64,000 nt of DNA, from positions 2,294,001-2,358,000 of the forward strand of contig CATNEN010000024.1 of assembly GCA_950097015.1 (NCBI GenBank), given 5' to 3'. Shown here one piece after another: positions 10,938 through 25,380 of this stretch (within the stretch, counting starts at the first letter, position 1; each line of letters starts with the position of its first letter). A program made the position numbers and the translations under genes. Under the pieces are notes generated by a model. It was not told the origin of the DNA. It was given only the letters and a program-made list of their open reading frames with translations, and made no database searches. This DNA is from Macrostomum hystrix (Eukaryota > Animalia > Platyhelminthes).

Positions 10938-13900
10938 ATGTATCAATCGATCATCCAACTGATGTATCAATCGATCATCCAACTGATGTAGCAGTCGATC
11001 ATTCAACTGATGGATCAATCGATCATTCAACTGATGTATCAATCGATCATTCAACTGATGTATCAATCGATCATCCAACTGATGTATCAATCGATCATTC
11101 AACTGATGTATCAATCGATCATTCAACTGATGTATCAATCGATCATTCAACTGATGTAGCAATCGATCATTCAACTGATGTAGCAATCGATCATTCAACT
11201 GATGTATCAATCGATCATTCAACTGATGTATCAATCGATCATTCAACTGATGCATCAATCGATCATTCAACTGATGGATCAATCGATCATTCAACTGATG
11301 TATCAATCGATCATTCAACTGATGTATCAATCGATCATCCAACTGATGTATCAATCGATCATTCAACTGATGTATCAATCGATCATTCAACTGATGGATC
11401 AATCGATCATCCAACTGATGTATCAATCGATCATCCAACTGATGTATCAATCGATCATTCAACTGATGAATCAATCGATCATCCAACTGATGTATCAATC
11501 GATCATCCAACTGATGTATCAATCGATCATTCAACTGATGTATCAATCGATCATCCAACTGATGTATCAATCGATCTCCAACTGATGTATCAATCGATCA
11601 TTCAACTGATGTAGCAGTCGATCATTCAACTGATGTATCAATCGATCATTCAACTGATGTATCAATCGATCATCCAACTGATGTATCAATCGATCATTCA
11701 ACTGATGTATCAATCGATCATTCAACTGATGTATCAATCAATCATTCAACTGATGTAGCAATCGATCATTCAACTGATGTATCAATCGATCATTCAACTG
11801 ATGTATCAATCGATCTCCAACTGATGTATCAATCGATCATTCAACTGATGTATCAATCGATCATCCAACTGATGTATCAATCGATCATTCAACTGATGTA
11901 TCAATCGATCATTCAACTGATGTATCAATCGATCATTCAACTGATGTAGCAATCGATCATTCAACTGATGTAGCAGTCGATCATTCAACTGATGTATCAA
12001 TCGATCATTCAACTGATGTAGCAATCGATCATTCAACTGATGTATCAATTGATCATTCAACTGATGTAGCAATCGATCATTCAACTGATGTATCAATCGA
12101 TCATTCAACTGATGTATCAATCGATCATTCAACTGATGTATCAATCGATCATTCAACTGATGTAGCAGTCGATCATCCAACTGATGTATCAATCGATCAT
12201 CCAACTGATGTATCAATCGATCATCCAACTGATGTATCAATCGATCATTCAACTGATGTAGCAATCGATCATTCAACTGATGTAGCAGTCGATCATCCAA
12301 CAGATGTATCAATCGATCATTCAACTGATGTATCAATCGATCATTCAACTGATGAATCAATCGATCATTCAACTGATGTAGCAATCGATCATTCAACTGA
12401 TGTAGCAGTCGATCATTCAACTGATGTATCAATCGATCATTCAACTGATGTATCAATCGATCATTCAACTGATGTAGCAGTCGATCATTCAACTGATGTA
12501 TCAATCGATCATTCAACTGATGTAGCAGTCGATCTTCCAACTGATGTATCAATCGATCATTCAACTGATGTATCAATCGATCATTCAACTGATGTAGCAA
12601 TCGATCATTCAACTGATGTATCAATCGATCATTCAACTGATGTATCAATCGATCTCCAACTGATGAATCAATCGATCATTCAACTGATGTATCAATCGAT
12701 CATCCAACTGATGGATCAATCGATCTCCAACTGATGTATCAATCGATCATCCAACTGATGTATCAATCGATCATTCAACTGATGTATCAATCGATCATCC
12801 AACTGATGGATCAATCGATCTCCAACTGATGTATCAATCGATCATCCAACTGATGTATCAATCGATCATTCAACTGATGGATCAATCGATCATCCAACTG
12901 ATGTATCAATCGATCATTCAACTGATGTATCAATCGATCATTCAACTGATGTAGCAGTCGATCATCCAACTGATGTATCAATCGATCATTCAACTGATGT
13001 AGCAATCGATCATTCAACTGATGTAGCAGTCGATCATTCAACTGATGTAGCAGTCGATCATTCAACTGATGTATCAATCGATCTCCAACTGATGTATCAA
13101 TCAATCATTCAACTGATGTAGCAATCGATCATTCAACTGATGTATCAATCGATCATCCAACTGATGTATCAATCGATCATCCAACTGATGTATCAATCGA
13201 TCATTCAACTGATGGATCAATTGATCATTCAACTGATGTATCAATCGATCATCCAACTGATGTATCAATCGATCATCCAACTGATGTATCAATCGATCAT
13301 TCAACTGATGGATCAATTGATCATTCAACTGATGTATCAATCGATCATCCAACTGATGTATCAATCGATCTCCAACTGATGTATCAATCGATCATTCAAC
13401 TGATGTAGCAGTCGATCATCCAACTGATGTATCAATCGATCATTCAACTGATGTATCAATCGATCATTCAACTGATGTAGCAGTCGATCATCCAACTGAT
13501 GGATCAATCGATCATTCAACTGATGTATCAATCGATCATTCAACTGATGTATCAATCGATCATCCAACTGATGTATCAATCGATCATCCAACTGATGTAT
13601 CAATCGATCATTCAACTGATGTATCAATCGATCATTCAACTGATGGATCAATCGATCATTCAACTGATGTATCAATCGATCATTCAACTGATGGATCAAT
13701 CGATCATTCAACTGATGTATCAATCGATCATTCAACTGATGTATCAATCGATCATTCAACTGATGTAGCAGTCGATCATCCAACTGATGTATCAATCGAT
13801 CATTCAACTGATGTATCAATCGATCATCCAACTGATGTATCAATCGATCATTCAACTGATGTAGCAGTCGATCATTCAACTGATGTATCAATCGATCTCC

Positions 13901-16900
13901 AACTGATGTATCAATCAATCATTCAACTGATGTAGCAATCGATCATTCAACTGATGTATCAATCGATCATTCAACTGATGGATCAATCGATCATTCAACT
14001 GATGTATCAATCGATCATTCAACTGATGTATCAATCGATCATCCAACTGATGTATCAATCGATCATCCAACTGATGTATCAATCGATCATTCAACTGATG
14101 TATCAATCGATCATTCAACTGATGTATCAATCGATCATTCAACTGATGTATCAATCGATCATTCAACTGATGTATCAATCGATCATTCAACTGATGTATC
14201 AATCGATCATTCAACTGATGTAGCAATCGATCATTCAACTGATGTAGCAATCGATCATTCAACTGATGTATCAATCGATCATTCAACTGATGTATCAATC
14301 GATCTCCAACTGATGAATCAATCGATCATTCAACTGATGTATCAATCGATCATTCAACTGATGTATCAATCGATCATTCAACTGATGTATCAATCGATCA
14401 TTCAACTGATGGATCAATCGATCATCCAACTGATGTATCAATCGATCTCCAACTGATGTATCAATCGATCTCCAACTGATGTATCAATCGATCATTCAAC
14501 TGATGGATCAATCGATCATCCAACTGATGTATCAATCGATCATCCAACTGATGTATCAATCGATCATTCAACTGATGTATCAATCGATCATCCAACTGAT
14601 GTATCAATCGATCTCCAACTGATGTATCAATCGATCTCCAACTGATGTATCAATCGATCATTCAACTGATGTATCAATCGATCATCCAACTGATGGATCA
14701 ATCGATCTCCAACTGATGTAGCAATCGATCATTCAACTGATGTATCAATCGATCATTCAACTGATGTATCAATCGATCTCCAACTGATGTAGCAATCGAT
14801 CATTCAACTGATGTAGCAATCGATCATTCAACTGATGTAGCAATCGATCATTCAACTGATGTATCAATCGATCATTCAACTGATGTAGCAATCGATCATT
14901 CAACTGATGTAGCAATCGATCATTCAACTGATGTATCAATCGATCATTCAACTGATGTATCAATCGATCATTCAACTGATGTAGCAATCGATCATTCAAC
15001 TGATGTATCAATCGATCATTCAACTGATGTATCAATCGATCATTCAACTGATGTATCAATCGATCATTCAACTGATGGATCAATCGATCATTCAACTGAT
15101 GTATCAATCAATCATTCAACTGATGGATCAATCAATCATTCAACTGATGTAGCAATCGATCATTCAACTGATGTATCAATCGATCATTCAACTGATGAAT
15201 CAATCGATCATTCAACTGATGGATCAATCGACCATTCAACTGATGTATCAATCAATCATTCAACTGATGGATCAATCGATCATTCAACTGATGGATCAAT
15301 CGATCATTCAACTGATGTATCAATCGATCATTCAACTGATGAATCAATCGATCATCCAACTGATGTATCAATCGATCATTCAACTGATGTATCAATCAAT
15401 CATTCAACTGATGGATCAATCAATCATTCAACTGATGTAGCAATCGATCATTCAACTGATGTATCAATCGATCATTCAACTGATGTATCAATCGATCATT
15501 CAACTGATGTATCAATCGATCATTCAACTGATGGATCAATCGATCATTCAACTGATGTATCAATCAATCATTCAACTGATGGATCAATCAATCATTCAAC
15601 TGATGTAGCAATCGATCATTCAACTGATGTATCAATCGATCATTCAACTGATGAATCAATCGATCATTCAACTGATGTATCAATCGATCATTCAACTGAT
15701 GGATCAATCGATCATTCAACTGATGTATCAATCGATCATTCAACTGATGTATCAATCGATCATCCAACTGATGTATCAATCGATCATTCAACTGATGTAT
15801 CAATCGATCATTCAACTGATGGATCAATCGATCATTCAACTGATGTATCAATCAATCATTCAACTGATGGATCAATCGATCATCCAACTGATGTATCAAT
15901 CGATCATTCAACTGATGTAGCAATCGATCATTCAACTGATGTATCAATCGATCATTCAACTGATGTATCAATCGATCATTCAACTGATGTATCAATCGAT
16001 CATTCAACTGATGTATCAATCGATCATTCAACTGATGTATCAATCAATCATTCAACTGATGTATCAATCAATCATTCAACTGATGTAGCAATCGATCATT
16101 CAACTGATGTATCAATCGATCATTCAACTGATGAATCAATCGATCATTCAACTGATGGATCAATCGATCATTCAACTGATGTATCAATCAATCATTCAAC
16201 TGATGGATCAATCAATCATTCAACTGATGTATCAATCGATCATTCAACTGATGAATCAATCGATCATTCAACTGATGTAGCAATCGATCATTCAACTGAT
16301 GTAGCAGTCGATCATTCAACTGATGTATCAATCGATCATTCAACTGATGTATCAATCGATCATTCAACTGATGTAGCAGTCGATCATTCAACTGATGTAT
16401 CAATCGATCATTCAACTGATGTAGCAGTCGATCTTCCAACTGATGTATCAATCGATCATTCAACTGATGTATCAATCGATCATTCAACTGATGTAGCAAT
16501 CGATCATTCAACTGATGTATCAATCGATCATTCAACTGATGTATCAATCGATCTCCAACTGATGAATCAATCGATCATTCAACTGATGTATCAATCGATC
16601 ATCCAACTGATGGATCAATCGATCTCCAACTGATGTATCAATCGATCATCCAACTGATGTATCAATCGATCATTCAACTGATGTATCAATCGATCATCCA
16701 ACTGATGGATCAATCGATCTCCAACTGATGTATCAATCGATCATCCAACTGATGTATCAATCGATCATTCAACTGATGGATCAATCGATCATCCAACTGA
16801 TGTATCAATCGATCATTCAACTGATGTATCAATCGATCATTCAACTGATGTAGCAGTCGATCATCCAACTGATGTATCAATCGATCATTCAACTGATGTA

Positions 16901-19900
16901 GCAATCGATCATTCAACTGATGTAGCAGTCGATCATTCAACTGATGTAGCAGTCGATCATTCAACTGATGTATCAATCGATCTCCAACTGATGTATCAAT
17001 CAATCATTCAACTGATGTAGCAATCGATCATTCAACTGATGTATCAATCGATCATCCAACTGATGTATCAATCGATCATCCAACTGATGTATCAATCGAT
17101 CATTCAACTGATGGATCAATTGATCATTCAACTGATGTATCAATCGATCATCCAACTGATGTATCAATCGATCATCCAACTGATGTATCAATCGATCATT
17201 CAACTGATGGATCAATTGATCATTCAACTGATGTATCAATCGATCATCCAACTGATGTATCAATCGATCTCCAACTGATGTATCAATCGATCATTCAACT
17301 GATGTAGCAGTCGATCATCCAACTGATGTATCAATCGATCATTCAACTGATGTATCAATCGATCATTCAACTGATGTAGCAGTCGATCATCCAACTGATG
17401 GATCAATCGATCATTCAACTGATGTATCAATCGATCATTCAACTGATGTATCAATCGATCATCCAACTGATGTATCAATCGATCATCCAACTGATGTATC
17501 AATCGATCATTCAACTGATGTATCAATCGATCATTCAACTGATGGATCAATCGATCATTCAACTGATGTATCAATCGATCATTCAACTGATGGATCAATC
17601 GATCATTCAACTGATGTATCAATCGATCATTCAACTGATGTATCAATCGATCATTCAACTGATGTAGCAGTCGATCATCCAACTGATGTATCAATCGATC
17701 ATTCAACTGATGTATCAATCGATCATCCAACTGATGTATCAATCGATCATTCAACTGATGTAGCAGTCGATCATTCAACTGATGTATCAATCGATCTCCA
17801 ACTGATGTATCAATCAATCATTCAACTGATGTAGCAATCGATCATTCAACTGATGTATCAATCGATCATTCAACTGATGGATCAATCGATCATTCAACTG
17901 ATGTATCAATCGATCATTCAACTGATGTATCAATCGATCATCCAACTGATGTATCAATCGATCATCCAACTGATGTATCAATCGATCATTCAACTGATGT
18001 ATCAATCGATCATTCAACTGATGTATCAATCGATCATTCAACTGATGTATCAATCGATCATTCAACTGATGTATCAATCGATCATTCAACTGATGTATCA
18101 ATCGATCATTCAACTGATGTAGCAATCGATCATTCAACTGATGTAGCAATCGATCATTCAACTGATGTATCAATCGATCATTCAACTGATGTATCAATCG
18201 ATCTCCAACTGATGAATCAATCGATCATTCAACTGATGTATCAATCGATCATTCAACTGATGTATCAATCGATCATTCAACTGATGTATCAATCGATCAT
18301 TCAACTGATGGATCAATCGATCATCCAACTGATGTATCAATCGATCTCCAACTGATGTATCAATCGATCTCCAACTGATGTATCAATCGATCATTCAACT
18401 GATGGATCAATCGATCATCCAACTGATGTATCAATCGATCATCCAACTGATGTATCAATCGATCATTCAACTGATGTATCAATCGATCATCCAACTGATG
18501 TATCAATCGATCTCCAACTGATGTATCAATCGATCTCCAACTGATGTATCAATCGATCATTCAACTGATGTATCAATCGATCATCCAACTGATGGATCAA
18601 TCGATCTCCAACTGATGTAGCAATCGATCATTCAACTGATGTATCAATCGATCATTCAACTGATGTATCAATCGATCTCCAACTGATGTAGCAATCGATC
18701 ATTCAACTGATGTAGCAATCGATCATTCAACTGATGTAGCAATCGATCATTCAACTGATGTATCAATCGATCATTCAACTGATGTAGCAATCGATCATTC
18801 AACTGATGTAGCAATCGATCATTCAACTGATGTATCAATCGATCATTCAACTGATGTATCAATCGATCATTCAACTGATGTAGCAATCGATCATTCAACT
18901 GATGTATCAATCGATCATTCAACTGATGTATCAATCGATCATTCAACTGATGTATCAATCGATCATTCAACTGATGGATCAATCGATCATTCAACTGATG
19001 TATCAATCAATCATTCAACTGATGGATCAATCAATCATTCAACTGATGTAGCAATCGATCATTCAACTGATGTATCAATCGATCATTCAACTGATGAATC
19101 AATCGATCATTCAACTGATGGATCAATCGACCATTCAACTGATGTATCAATCAATCATTCAACTGATGGATCAATCGATCATTCAACTGATGGATCAATC
19201 GATCATTCAACTGATGTATCAATCGATCATTCAACTGATGAATCAATCGATCATCCAACTGATGTATCAATCGATCATTCAACTGATGTATCAATCAATC
19301 ATTCAACTGATGGATCAATCAATCATTCAACTGATGTAGCAATCGATCATTCAACTGATGTATCAATCGATCATTCAACTGATGTATCAATCGATCATTC
19401 AACTGATGTATCAATCGATCATTCAACTGATGGATCAATCGATCATTCAACTGATGTATCAATCAATCATTCAACTGATGGATCAATCAATCATTCAACT
19501 GATGTAGCAATCGATCATTCAACTGATGTATCAATCGATCATTCAACTGATGAATCAATCGATCATTCAACTGATGTATCAATCGATCATTCAACTGATG
19601 GATCAATCGATCATTCAACTGATGTATCAATCGATCATTCAACTGATGTATCAATCGATCATCCAACTGATGTATCAATCGATCATTCAACTGATGTATC
19701 AATCGATCATTCAACTGATGGATCAATCGATCATTCAACTGATGTATCAATCAATCATTCAACTGATGGATCAATCGATCATCCAACTGATGTATCAATC
19801 GATCATTCAACTGATGTAGCAATCGATCATTCAACTGATGTATCAATCGATCATTCAACTGATGTATCAATCGATCATTCAACTGATGTATCAATCGATC

Positions 19901-20651
19901 ATTCAACTGATGTATCAATCGATCATTCAACTGATGTATCAATCAATCATTCAACTGATGTATCAATCAATCATTCAACTGATGTAGCAATCGATCATTC
20001 AACTGATGTATCAATCGATCATTCAACTGATGAATCAATCGATCATTCAACTGATGGATCAATCGATCATTCAACTGATGTATCAATCAATCATTCAACT
20101 GATGGATCAATCAATCATTCAACTGATGGATCAATCGATCATTCAACTGATGTAGCAATCGATCATTCAACTGATGTATCAATCGATCATCCAACTGATG
20201 TATCAATCGATCATTCAACTGATGGATCAATCGATCATTCAACAGATGTATCAATCGATCATTCAACTGATGTATCAATCGATCATTCAACTGATGTATC
20301 AATCGATCATTCAACTGATGTATCAATCGATCATTCAACTGATGTATCAATCGATCATTCAACTGATGTAGCAATCGATCATTCAACTGATGTAGCAATC
20401 GATCATTCAACTGATGTATCAATCGATCATTCAACTGATGAATCAATCGATCATTCAACTGATGTAGCAATCGATCATTCAACTGATGTATCAATCGATC
20501 ATTCAACTGATGAATCAATCGATCATTCAACTGATGGATCAATCGATCATTCAACTGATGTATCAATCAATCATTCAACTGATGGATCAATCGATCATTC
20601 AACTGATGGATCAATCGATCATTCAACTGATGGATCAATAGATCATCCAAA
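10938..20651. repeat. 9.7-kb satellite of a 24-bp monomer (GATGTATCAATCGATCATTCAACT), ~405 copies, with a 3899-bp higher-order duplication
   Basis: Direct reading. Variants include GTAGCA, GGATCA, ATCCAA and a 23-bp ATCTCCAA form. ORF-track patterns recur at an exact +3899 offset. Confidence 0.98.
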
Positions 20652-20659
20652 CGTTCACT

Positions 20660-20940
20660 CACTCACTCTCAATAGATCAAGCAATTAATCCATCAATTAA
20701 TCAATTAATCAGACAATCAATTTATTTAAAAAAGCAACCAATCAATCAATCTGTCAATAAATTGATTAAAATAACCTAATAATCAATCAGTCAATCAACC
20801 ATCAGTCACTCACAAGTTATTAATCAAGTTAATCAATCAATCAACCAACCAATCAACGAGCCAGTCAATTTACCAATCAATGAATCACTCAGTCTATTAA
20901 CAAATCTATATTTTAAATTAACAATCAATCACATATCCAA
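20660..20940. repeat. Degenerate (AATC)n-like simple repeat tail of the satellite
   Basis: Runs such as AATCAATCAATCAACCAACCAATCAA continue from the end of the array. Confidence 0.7.
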
Positions 20941-21232
20941 TGGTAAAATGGTTGCATTCCTTCTATAATGAGCATCTCAAAAAATCTAAAGCAGCTCGTT
21001 TGCTCTCAATTTGAGAGCCCCCATTTTTCCTGAATCCCGAAACCCCTGCCCAGCGCAGTCTCGCCCAATTGGCCGGCGCATTTTTCCCCTCCTCCCCCGG
21101 CCTCAACTACCCACCGGCTCTCCGCGCCCATTGGGATTTCAGCTCGCATTTTCTTCGAAGCGAGAAAAGTAATCAGACCGAGAAAGACAACTTCTTCTGG
21201 GTTTGATTGATTGATTGATCGATAAATCGATA

Positions 21233-23469
21233 ATGCCGGACAGCAAACGAACGAGTGATGATTCAGCAATTGGAGTGACGGCAGTCAGGACCATCCCGTG
21301 CGGCGCCGCCTGCCACCAGCCGATGTCGAGGCTGTGGATGCAGCTGGGCTTTCTGGGCCGCCTGAACGACGATCGGCCAGTGCAGCCGCGCTCTGAGCTG
21401 CGGGTGAGTCCAAGGCCGAGACTGATGACATAACAGCACCAAATGCTCATGATGTAACACCACTAACCTCCAGTTACCCTCCAATGTCCTATCTCAATTG
21501 CCTCTCGCTACGTTTCTCTGCCACTGTCTCTACCCTCCACTGTCTCTACCCTCCACTGTCTCTACCCTCCACTGTCTCTACCCTCCACTGTCTCTACCTT
21601 CCACTGTCTCTACCCTCCACTGTCTCTACCCTCCACTGTCTCTACCCTCCACTGTCTCTACCCTCCACTGTCTCTACCCTCCACTGTCTCTACCCTCCAC
21701 TGTCTCTACCCTCCACTATCTCTACCCTCCACTGTCTCTACCCTCCACTGTCTCTACCCTCCACTGTCTCTACCCTCCACTATCTCTACCCTCCACTGTC
21801 TCTACCCTCCACTGTCTCTACCCTCCACTGTCTCTACCCTCCACTGTCTCTACCCTCCACTGTCTCTACCCTCCACTGTCTCTACCCTCCACTGTCTCTA
21901 CCCTCCACTATCTCTACCCTCCACTGTCTCTACCCTCCACTGTCTCTACCCTCCACTGTCTCTACCCTCCACTGTCTCTACCCTCCACTGTCTCTACCCT
22001 CCACTGTCTCTACCTTCCACTGTCTCTACCCTCCACTGTCTCTACCCTCCACTCTCTCTGCCCTCCACTGTCTCTACCCTCCACTGTCTCTACCCTCCAC
22101 TGTCTCTACCCTCAACACAAATCGAATCAACAAATCGAACCCGGCCTCGCCAAGGTCCAGCCGTCAGCCGACGGTCTGTCCCTCGTGGAACAGACTGGAA
22201 CCGATTGGACCTTCTGGCTGCGCGGAGCTCGCGATCGCTCTGAGCAGAACATGGAGCTGAAGCTGGCAGCCAATGAAGCTGCTCAGGCAGCTGGCTATTG
22301 CCTGCGTGCAACGCGCGACATTCAGCCGGGCGAGCAGCTGCTGCTGTGGTTCGCCGACTGCTGCGCCCTTGGCATGGGCGTGCCAGTTCTGACTGTGCTC
22401 AACATCAGGGGTGAGCTGATGCTATGAGCAAATCGGACTCAAGCAAAAACAAATCTTTGCATGAATATGATCATGTGAATACAGAGAAGCAAGAGGGAAT
22501 AGGGAATCAGTGAGATGCAAGATAGTTAAATGCAACACCTGTTAGTCAACAGCAACACCTGTTAGTCAACAGCAACACCTGTTAGTCAACAGCAACACCT
22601 GTTAGTCAACAGCAACACCTGTTAGTCAACAGCAACACCTGTTAGTCAACAGCAACACCTGTTAGTCAACAGCAACACCTTTTAGTCAACAGCAACACCT
22701 GTTAGTCAACAACAACACCTGTTAGTCAACAGCAACACCTTTTAGTCAACAGCAACACCTGTTAGTCAACAACAACACCTGTTAGTCAACAGCAACACCT
22801 GTTAGTCAACAGCAACACCTGTTAGTCAACAACACCAGTTCTTATTATTCGATACAGCTACCTGTTCGTAAAAGCTTATCTAATTGATCCTTACCTGATT
22901 AGGCATGCTAAAATTAAGGCCGATACTTTTCAGGCCACGGCTGCTACCAGTGCCACCAGTGCAATCGCTGCTTTCGCTATCCGAACGTACTAAAAGCACA
23001 CCTGATGCGATTCTGTCTGGCAGCGCCGCCGCCGCCGATGCCTTCTCTACCGCTTCTCATTTTTTCTGTATACACGGGGCTTCTGTCGCAGCATCCACAG
23101 CAGCAGCAGCAGCAACAGCAACCGCCGCCGCCGTTGCCAGCCGAACAGCAAGCCTCGAGCATCTGTAAGCAGTTGAACATGAAGTGCTCCAGACACATGT
23201 GCTCCTATTGCGGCAAAGCCTACTCGAGGCGCTACGGCCTAAAGATTCATCTGCGCACCCACACTGGCTTCAAGCCGCTCCGTTGCCAGGTCTGCCAGAG
23301 ACCGTTTGGCGACCCCAGCAACCTCAACAAGCACACCAGACTGCACGCCCTAGGAGACACGCCCTACAGGTGCGGTCTTTGCGGCAAAGTTCTGGTCCGA
23401 AGACGCGACCTAGATAGACACCATCGGTCCAAGCACCAGGCAGTTGAGAAATCAATGAGCACTTTTTGA
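21233..23469 (+). CDS. PRDM13: PR/SET domain zinc-finger protein 13; exons 21233-21403, 22155-22410, 22934-23469; 320 aa
   Basis: GT-AG junctions are phase-compatible (0, 1). PR domain WLRGARDRSEQN...RATRDIQPGEQLLLWF is followed by the first finger YQCHQCNRCFRYPNVLKAHL. C-terminal fingers CGKAYSRRYGLKIHLRTHTGFKPLRCQVCQRPFGDPSNLNKH...CGKVLVRRRDLDRH are diagnostic of PRDM13. The true 5' start is less certain. Confidence 0.93.
21521..22112. repeat. 16-bp minisatellite (CCACTGTCTCTACCCT) x~37, PRDM13 intron 1
   Basis: Direct reading. Confidence 0.97.
22532..22836. repeat. 20-bp minisatellite (GCAACACCTGTTAGTCAACA) x~15, PRDM13 intron 2
   Basis: Direct reading. Confidence 0.97.
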
Positions 23470-23530
23470 ATGAGTTTCTTGATCTGTCACTGATGGTCTT
23501 ATAACATGATATGGATACACTTGAGACTTG

Positions 23531-24436
23531 CTTGACACATCGACCCCTCTGACATCTGACCCAACCCTCCTTGACCCATCGACCCCTCTGACATCTGACC
23601 CAACCCTCCTTGACCCATCGACTCCTCTGACATCTGACCCAACCCTCCTTGACCCATCGACCCCTCTGACATCTGACCCAACCCTCCTTGACCCATCGAC
23701 TCCTCTGACATCTGACCCAACCCTCCTTGACCCATGGACTCCTCTGACATCTGACCCAACCCTCCTTGACCCATCGACCCCTCTGACATCTGACCCAACC
23801 CTCCTTGACCCATCGACCCCTCTGACATCTGACCCAACCCTCCTTGACCCATCGACTCCTCTGACATCTGACCCAACCCTCCTTGACCCATCGACCCCTC
23901 TGACATCTGACCCAACCCTCCTTGACCCATCGACCCCTCTGACATCTGACCCAACCCTCCTTGACCCATCGACCCCTCTGACATCTGACCCAACCCTCCT
24001 TGACCCGTCGACTCCTCTGACATCTGACCCAACCCTCCTTGACCCATCGACCCCTCTGACATCTGACCCAACCCTCCTTGACCCATCGACCCCTCTGACA
24101 TCTGACCCAACCCTCCTTGACCCATCGACTCCTCTGACATCTGACCCAACCCTCCTTGACCCATCGACTCCTCTGACATCTGACCCAACCCTCCTTGACC
24201 CATCGACTCCTCTGACATCTGACCCAACCCTCCTTGACCCATCGACTCCTCTGACATCTGACCCAACCCTCCTTGACCCATCGACTCCTCTGACATCTGA
24301 CCCAACCCTCCTTGACCCATCGACTCCTCTGACATCTGACCCAACCCTCCTTGACCCATCGACTCCTCTGACATCTGACCCAACCCTCCTTGACCCATCG
24401 ACTCCTCTGACATCTGACCCAACGCTCCTTGACCCA
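23531..24436. repeat. 39-bp minisatellite (GACCCATCGACCCCTCTGACATCTGACCCAACCCTCCTT) x~23, just 3' of the PRDM13 stop
   Basis: Direct reading. It accounts for four spurious repetitive ORFs. Confidence 0.97.
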
Positions 24437-25024
24437 ATGACCCATTGACCGATTGACCTATATACCCATATGACATCTGACCCAATCCAGAGGTGGTAAC
24501 ATAGGCCACCTGAAGTGTCAGGTAACATATCACATTGCTATTTATTGCCACGAAACACTAAATTCCCGTTTATATCTGCTTAAGTAGGTCGTGGTGATTG
24601 TTATTGAATGGCTATGTGGTTTTTTCAACCATTGTTTCATAGTATACTTCTCAAGTTTTTATGTACAAGCTATTTGTTGCAGTATAAATAGAATAAAATT
24701 GAGCAATAAAACCATACTCAAGTCTCTTATAGAGACAACAACTTTTTGTTTTGTTAACATTATCAATTAATTAATTGTTGAATGAAATCACATTGACTAA
24801 TATATAAAAAATTTGGAAAATTATGACAAATTTTAATTAAGCAGGATATCATATTGATTCTTACCATCGTGAAATATTGCTCTAGAAAAATGTGAAAGCA
24901 ATAGGCAAAATTTAGCGGCTACTGCTGTGTTTGTGATGAATGGTGTCAGACATAAATATACATTTACAGTACGTGCTTAATCTGTTCGAATACGCGAGAC
25001 ACTAACCATGTAGCATCTGAGCCA

Positions 25025-25380
25025 GTGCAGTGGGTGATGTGCAGTGGTGGTTGATGTGCAGTGGTGGTTGATGTGCAGTGGTGGTTGATGTGCAGTGGTG
25101 GGTGATGTGCAGTGGTGGGTGATGTGCAGTGGTGGGTGATGTGCAGTGGTGGTTGATGTGCAGTGGTGGGTGATGTGCAGTGGTGGGTGATGTGCAGTGG
25201 TGGGTGATGTGCAGTGGTGGGTGATGTGCAGTGGTGGGTGATGTGCAGTGGTGGGTGATGTGCAGTGGTGGGTGATGTGCAGTGGTGGTTGATGTGCAGT
25301 GGTGGTTGATGTGCAGTGGTGGTTGATGTGCAGTGGTGGGTGATGTGCAGTGGTGGGTGATGTGCAGTGGTGGGTGATGT
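25025..25380. repeat. 17-bp minisatellite (GTGCAGTGGTGGGTGAT) x~21
   Basis: Direct reading. It lies between the convergent PRDM13 and PLEKHD1 genes. Confidence 0.96.

Noticed and set aside
10902-20566. Dozens of ORFs reading (LNDRLIHQ)n or (MYQSIIQL)n
   Set aside because: These are translations of a stop-free 24-bp satellite, broken wherever the 23-bp variant shifts the frame. There is no gene structure.
10938-20651. CRISPR-like or ribozyme-bearing array
   Set aside because: There are no unique spacers and the context is eukaryotic. The CTGATGA variants lack the downstream GAAA core needed for a hammerhead ribozyme.
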